49,933 nt of DNA, from contig JAYWEM010000016.1 of the NCBI GenBank assembly GCA_043779265.1, forward strand, positions 1-49,933, given 5' to 3'. This DNA is from a bacterium (lineage in GTDB: Bacteria; Eisenbacteria; RBG-16-71-46). Within the stretch, counting starts at the first letter, position 1, and every line of letters starts with the position of its first letter. This document shows positions 45,065 through 49,933 of this stretch, piece after piece. The notes under the pieces are model-generated. The model did not search any database. It saw only the letters and a list, made by a program, of their open reading frames with translations, and was not told the origin of the DNA. A program made the position numbers and the translations under genes.

Positions 45065-47766
45065 GCGCCACGGAGCTACTCGCCGAGGTCGAGGGCATCC
45101 GTCGGGCCGAGCCCGCTCGCGCGCTCACCACTCTGGAAGCGGGCTTCGCCGCCGCATCGAGGCGCGCCGAACCCGCTGAGCGCGCCCTGCTGTGGCGGAC
45201 CCGCGCGCATGTGCTGCGCAGCCTGCGGCGCACTCGCGAAGCGGTGAATGCCTATCGCCGCGCCGCTGCCGCGTTCCATGCAGCGGGCGATGCACGCGAG
45301 GAAGGGCGCTGCGCCATCGGCCTCGTCGACGCGCTGATGTACCTGGGGCGTCACGCCGAGGCACGGCGGGCTGCCTCGAGAGGCCGCCGCCTCCTGACGC
45401 GCGTCGGCGATGACGCCGCCCTGTCGAGGCTTCTGAACAACGAGGGCAATCTCTGGCATCGCCTCGATCTGCCCGAGCGTGCGCTCGAGTGTTACCAGGC
45501 GGCGGTGAGCGGGCTCGAGCGTGCGGGGGACCTTCGAAGCGCGCGCATGATCGGCGTGAACGTGGGCAACTGCCTGTCGCTCCTCGGACGACTCGACGAG
45601 GCGAGGCGCCACTATCGAGAGGCGCAACGCGCCCAGCGGGCCGCGGGCGCGCTCAACGAGGCGCTCTCGGCGGCGTACAATCTCGCCTACCTCGACTTCC
45701 TCGAGCATCGATCGGAAGCCGCGCTCGAAGGGCTCGAGGCGGTGCGGATCGAAGCGGAAGCCCGTGCCTATCCCTCACTCGCCGCGCTCGCGCGGCTCGA
45801 CCGCGCCGAGATCTTTTTGCGCCTGGGTGCCCATGAACAGGCGCTCGAGGAAGCCGAGGCCGGTGTCACCGCGTGCGACGCGCTCGGGCTCGGCTACGAG
45901 ACGGCCAAGGCCGAGTTGTTCGCCGCGCTCGCGTGCTTCCGCCTCTCGCGGCGTGAGCGCGCCCGCAGCGGGATCGAGCGTGCGCTCACGCGATTCGGCG
46001 CCGAGGGCAACGAGGTGTGGACGGGCGAGGCGCTGCTCGGCCTGGCCACGCTATGGCGCGAGGACGGCAACGCGCCCGCAACCGCGGTGCTCCTCTCGGC
46101 TGCCAGGCGACGCTTCGCCGAGGCCGGCGATCGCGAGCGCGAGGCTTGCGCCGCTACACTCGAGGTGCGAGCCAGGCTCGATGCCGGCGAGCCCTCGGCC
46201 GCTCGCCGACTGATGGCGCGGGCCGATCGACGCCCGCCCAAGAACCCGAGCGCACGGCTGCAACATCTGACGCACGGCGCGCGCGCCGCGTTGGCTCGTG
46301 CCGCCGGCGACGTGCCGGCCACGAGGCGATGGCTTCAACTGGCCGCCACGCAATCCGAGCGACTGGCGGCACGCATCCTCGATGAGGAGTGGCGTGCGAC
46401 GTTCTGGGGGGACTGGGGCTGGCCGCATCGCGAACTGGCGCTGCTCGAACTGGAGCACGGCGATCCGGAGGCCGCGTTCGATGCACTCGAGGCGGGCCGG
46501 GGTCGGACGCTGATCGGGCGCTCCTCGGTGCGAGGAGCGAGCGGTCACGCGCTGCCGGCCGCCGTCCGGCGATGGACCGCGGCGCGGCAGGCGCGTGAGC
46601 ACGAACCCCGCCGCACCGCGGAGGCGAGTGCGGGATCGGCTCTGCGAAGCGTGCTCGCCCACCGCGCACCGCATCAGGTGACGGCGTCGAGCCTTCGGCG
46701 CCTGCTCGACGATGACACCTTGCTCGTGGACCACCTGACTCACGCGGGCGTGATCGGTGCCATCCGGTTGTCGCGCCGCGGCGCGCAGGGAGTCGCCCGA
46801 CTCGCACGAGAGGAGCACGTCTCGCGTCTGACCCACGAGGTGCTGTTCGCACTTCGAAGCGCCGCCTTCACGCCACGTGCATCCCGGCGGCTCGATCCAT
46901 CGCTGGTCGATGCGCTCACCGAGTTGAGCGCGCTCACCTTGTGGCCGCTGCTGGGCGAGGGGGTTCCCGCTTCGATGGTGCTCGCACCCACCCATGCACT
47001 CGCGCGCCTGCCATGGGCCGCACTGCCGCTCGCGGATGGACGTGTCCTCGCGCAGAGCACGGCGCTGGTGATCGCTCCCGGACTCCGCTCCGTGATGGGC
47101 GCAGCGAGGGAGACGGCGGGCGGACCGGGACTGGTCGTCGCAGTCGATACGGGGGACCTGGCGGCGATCGAGGCCGAGACCGCATCGGTGATCGCGTCGT
47201 TCCCGGGTGCGCACGTGCTCTCGGGCAGTGAAGCCACCGTCGCGCGATTCCGCGAGCTCGCCCCTCGGGCCGGCTGGATCCACTTCGCCGGGCACGGCGC
47301 ATTCCGCGCCGATGCGCCGGAGCGCTCGGGCCTGAGGCTCTTCGATCGTTGGCTCCTGAGCACTGAACTCGCCGCCCTTCGTCTGAGCGCCCGCTGGGTG
47401 ACGCTCTCGGCCTGTCAGACGGCGCGCGCGCTGGTGCGGCCCGGCGAGGAGTGGTTCGGATTGTCCCGTACGCTTCTCCTGGCCGGCGCCAACGCCGTGG
47501 TGGCGGCCCAGTGGGATGTCGAGGACGCCTCGACCGCCCTGCTCATGGAGGGGCTCTACCGGCGTCTGGCGACGGGAGCCGATGTGCCCCGAGCGCTCGC
47601 GGCGGAACAGGGCGAGAGGGCCGCCTCGGGCGAACACCCGCTCGATTGGGCTGGTTTCGTGACGCTGGGAGGGCCACGGGCGCTCGGCGCCTCGAGGTCG
47701 GCTCGCCCCCGGAACTTGCCCCGGAACCGAAATTCACCCGCGCGCCGCAAGCGCCGAATCCCCTAG
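45061..47766 (+). CDS. TPR-CHAT caspase-like (clan CD) cysteine protease
   Basis: ATGA overlap with the anti-sigma; long N-terminal TPR array; intact dyad HFAGHG (His 47293-47295) and LSAC (Cys 47413-47415); LPWAAL, GEEWFGLSRTLLLAGA, QWDVED and HPLDWAGF motifs. Confidence 0.93.
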   Translation: MSATELLAEVEGIRRAEPARALTTLEAGFAAASRRAEPAERALLWRTRAHVLRSLRRTREAVNAYRRAAAAFHAAGDAREEGRCAIGLVDALMYLGRHAEARRAASRGRRLLTRVGDDAALSRLLNNEGNLWHRLDLPERALECYQAAVSGLERAGDLRSARMIGVNVGNCLSLLGRLDEARRHYREAQRAQRAAGALNEALSAAYNLAYLDFLEHRSEAALEGLEAVRIEAEARAYPSLAALARLDRAEIFLRLGAHEQALEEAEAGVTACDALGLGYETAKAELFAALACFRLSRRERARSGIERALTRFGAEGNEVWTGEALLGLATLWREDGNAPATAVLLSAARRRFAEAGDREREACAATLEVRARLDAGEPSAARRLMARADRRPPKNPSARLQHLTHGARAALARAAGDVPATRRWLQLAATQSERLAARILDEEWRATFWGDWGWPHRELALLELEHGDPEAAFDALEAGRGRTLIGRSSVRGASGHALPAAVRRWTAARQAREHEPRRTAEASAGSALRSVLAHRAPHQVTASSLRRLLDDDTLLVDHLTHAGVIGAIRLSRRGAQGVARLAREEHVSRLTHEVLFALRSAAFTPRASRRLDPSLVDALTELSALTLWPLLGEGVPASMVLAPTHALARLPWAALPLADGRVLAQSTALVIAPGLRSVMGAARETAGGPGLVVAVDTGDLAAIEAETASVIASFPGAHVLSGSEATVARFRELAPRAGWIHFAGHGAFRADAPERSGLRLFDRWLLSTELAALRLSARWVTLSACQTARALVRPGEEWFGLSRTLLLAGANAVVAAQWDVEDASTALLMEGLYRRLATGADVPRALAAEQGERAASGEHPLDWAGFVTLGGPRALGASRSARPRNLPRNRNSPARRKRRIP

Positions 47767-47797
47767 ACTCGTGCGACACCCTGAGGAGGTCTCCCCC

Positions 47798-49126
47798 ATG
47801 CTCCGCCGCTCGTCCCTGCTCTCCATGCGCCATGCGCTCGCTCTCGCGTGCGCCGCGCTGATCGCCGCCTCGGGCTGTGGCAGCCCGATCGCCACCGCGC
47901 CACAGCGCTCGGCCGAGCCCACGCACTCGAGCGCGCCGAACGTCATCGAAGATGTGTCGGCCGAGGTCGTCGTCACCCTTGCCGAGGGTGTGAGCGCCTA
48001 CTACGTGGCCTACGACTTCTCGGCCACGCTGATCGAGTGGGAGAAGGACGAGCGCTGCGCCAAGTTCATCCCGCAGGCCGGCCAGCCGCGCGAGAAACTC
48101 GCCTACCTGCTCTCGATGGACCCGCGCTGCGAAACCGTGGACCTCAACACCTACATCGAGGAAGTCGAGACGCGCCAGCAGAGCTTCGCGTTCGATGACG
48201 GCATTCCCGGCGTGCAGCCCTACCTCGAGCAGGCGGCCGCACGCGCACTCCGGCTCGAGGCCGCGCACTTCGTCACGCGGGGCCGTGGCGTCCGAGTCGC
48301 CATCATCGACACCGGCGTCGATGCGACGCATCCCGCGCTCGCCGGCCGAATCCTCATGGGGCGCGACTTCGTCCAGGATGACGACGATCCGACCGATGTG
48401 GTCGATGGTGTCGATCAGGATGGCGACGGGCTCGCCGACGAGGCCTTCGGTCACGGCACGCACGTGGCCGGATTGGTGTCGCTCACCGCTCCCGAGGCGC
48501 CGCTGATGATCGCGCGCGTGCTGGATGCCGACGGTCGTGGCGATGTGCTCGATGTGGCGGCCGGGATCCGCTGGGCCACGCGCAACGGCGCCCGCGTCAT
48601 CAACCTGAGCCTCGGCACGCTCGATGAGATCGCCGCCGTTCAGAAGGCGCTCGAAGAGGCCGAGGCCCTCAACATCGTCGTCGTGGCATCCGCCGGCAAT
48701 CGCGGCAGCGCGATCCCCGAGGAGTACCCGGCGCGTTCGAACAACGCGCACGCCGTGGCCGCCACAGACGCCGACGCCCGCCCCGCGCCCTTCACCTCGT
48801 ACGCACCCTGGGTCGCCATCTCCGCCCCCGGCGTCGCGGTGCGCAGCGCCTATCCGGGTGGCGGCTATCGCCTGTGGAGCGGCACCTCGATGTCGGCGCC
48901 ATTCGTCGCCGGGGCCGCGGCCCTCGTGATCGAGCGCCATCCGAGCTGGACGTCCGATCGCGTGATGGGTCGTCTGCGCTGGACGACGCGTCCGATCCAG
49001 GGCGCCAGCGCGGAGCAACAGGGCATGCTGGGCCGCGGCATGCTCAATGTGCTCGCGGCGGTTCGCGCCGATCATGTCCGCGCCGGACCGGGTGAGGGTG
49101 ACGAACCCACGGACGGAGTCGAGTGA
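47798..49126 (+). CDS. S8 subtilisin-like serine peptidase, predicted lipoprotein
   Basis: GAGGAGG RBS; lipobox-like LIAASGC; triad IIDTG, HGTHVAG, SGTSMS; oxyanion SAGN. Confidence 0.93.
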   Translation: MLRRSSLLSMRHALALACAALIAASGCGSPIATAPQRSAEPTHSSAPNVIEDVSAEVVVTLAEGVSAYYVAYDFSATLIEWEKDERCAKFIPQAGQPREKLAYLLSMDPRCETVDLNTYIEEVETRQQSFAFDDGIPGVQPYLEQAAARALRLEAAHFVTRGRGVRVAIIDTGVDATHPALAGRILMGRDFVQDDDDPTDVVDGVDQDGDGLADEAFGHGTHVAGLVSLTAPEAPLMIARVLDADGRGDVLDVAAGIRWATRNGARVINLSLGTLDEIAAVQKALEEAEALNIVVVASAGNRGSAIPEEYPARSNNAHAVAATDADARPAPFTSYAPWVAISAPGVAVRSAYPGGGYRLWSGTSMSAPFVAGAAALVIERHPSWTSDRVMGRLRWTTRPIQGASAEQQGMLGRGMLNVLAAVRADHVRAGPGEGDEPTDGVE

Positions 49127-49893
49127 CGCAAGCCACGGAACTCCCGGCGCACGGTGATCGCTACCGCTGGACGACGATCGCGCACGCCCAGCGCACGCTG
49201 CTCGGACCGATCGCCGCCGAGGTCATCGCCAGTCTGATGGGGAGCATCGAGCGATCCCCGCTCGCCGTGCTGGACGTCGGCTGCGGCCGCGGCGCCATGC
49301 TGGTGGGCGCGATGGTGCGGTTCGGCGCCAGTGGCGTCGCGGTTGAACCCAACCCGCACTTCGCGGCAGCGGCACGCGCGCTGGCCGAGGCAGGCGGCGT
49401 CGCCGACGCACTCATAATCCACAACGCGGAGTATGCGCCGAGCCTGCTTGTTCGCGAGCGCTTCGGCCTCGCGATGTGCATGGGTGCGACCGGTGCCTTC
49501 GGCGGTTACTCCGGCGCGCTCTCGGGGTTGCACAAGATCGTCGAGCCCAGCGGGTACGCCATGATCGGCGAAGGCTGTTGGCGCCGGGAACCCGCGACCG
49601 AGTATCTCGCCGTGCTCGGTGCATCGCGAGAGGACATGGCCCAGGAGCCCGAGACGAGAGCCGCCGCCGAAGCCGCGGGGTGGCGCGTCGTGCGTTCGCA
49701 CTTGAGCACGGTCGCCGAGTGGGATGGCTACGAGGACGCCTACGCCGGTTCGATGGCCGAGTGGCTGAGCGAGAACTCGCGCGACCCCGATGCCGCGGGC
49801 TTTCGCGAACGACTCGAGCGCTGGCGCAATGCCTACCTCGACCACGGTCGCGACACGCTCGGTTTCGCCACGTACCTGCTCGAGCGGCGCTGA
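49123..49893 (+). CDS. Class I SAM-dependent methyltransferase
   Basis: VLDVGCGRG motif I, 'GATGAFGG', 'PSGYAMIGE' and C-terminal RDTLGFATYL. GTGA overlap with the S8 stop. Confidence 0.88.
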   Translation: MTQATELPAHGDRYRWTTIAHAQRTLLGPIAAEVIASLMGSIERSPLAVLDVGCGRGAMLVGAMVRFGASGVAVEPNPHFAAAARALAEAGGVADALIIHNAEYAPSLLVRERFGLAMCMGATGAFGGYSGALSGLHKIVEPSGYAMIGEGCWRREPATEYLAVLGASREDMAQEPETRAAAEAAGWRVVRSHLSTVAEWDGYEDAYAGSMAEWLSENSRDPDAAGFRERLERWRNAYLDHGRDTLGFATYLLERR

Positions 49894-49933
49894 GGCCCAC
49901 GAGAGAGGGTCGGGGGGGGGGGGCCCCCCCCCC

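Noticed and set aside
43749..47766. Possible type III-E CRISPR (Craspase) locus
   Set aside because: No Cas7-11 or other cas genes and no repeat-spacer array in the window. Only the protease-sigma logic is analogous.
49906..49933. Terminal poly-G/poly-C run resembling a strong hairpin or G-quadruplex
   Set aside because: It lies at the very end of the sequence and is most likely a low-quality contig-end artefact, possibly a garbled terminator.

Overview
High-GC (roughly 70% by eye) bacterial chromosomal window with about 37 coding regions. I found no rRNA, tRNA, CRISPR array, integrase or transposase. Housekeeping and metabolic genes include a sugar-type ABC transporter, moaA, murB, a PPi-type phosphofructokinase, pepT, sua5/tsaC, a ChlI/MoxR-like AAA+ with a VWA partner, and glcD-glcE. 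They are interspersed with large secreted beta-propeller proteins, four of which end in a FlgD-Ig/T9SS-like C-terminal domain; this suggests Ca. Eisenbacteria or a related FCB-group lineage (inference only). The best candidate for an undescribed system is at 42459-49893: a tightly coupled operon of ECF sigma factor, soluble zinc-finger anti-sigma, TPR-CHAT caspase-like protease, lipoprotein S8 subtilase and SAM methyltransferase, divergent from a GT4 glycosyltransferase. Two copies of the same bipartite motif (GTATCAG-N15-CACCTCT) lie upstream of the glycosyltransferase and inside the sigma gene upstream of the anti-sigma/CHAT genes, and probably mark the sigma factor's own promoters. Other highlights are a SelW/Rdx-family selenoprotein split by the ORF track (CxxU, in-frame UGA at 5100-5102 with a SECIS-like hairpin), an AA5 copper-radical-oxidase-like protein with its axial Tyr replaced by His and an inserted Kelch propeller, a stand-alone B3/EcoRII-N-like protein, and an AbgT transporter broken by two frameshifts. 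All product calls come from motif recognition; no database searches were run.
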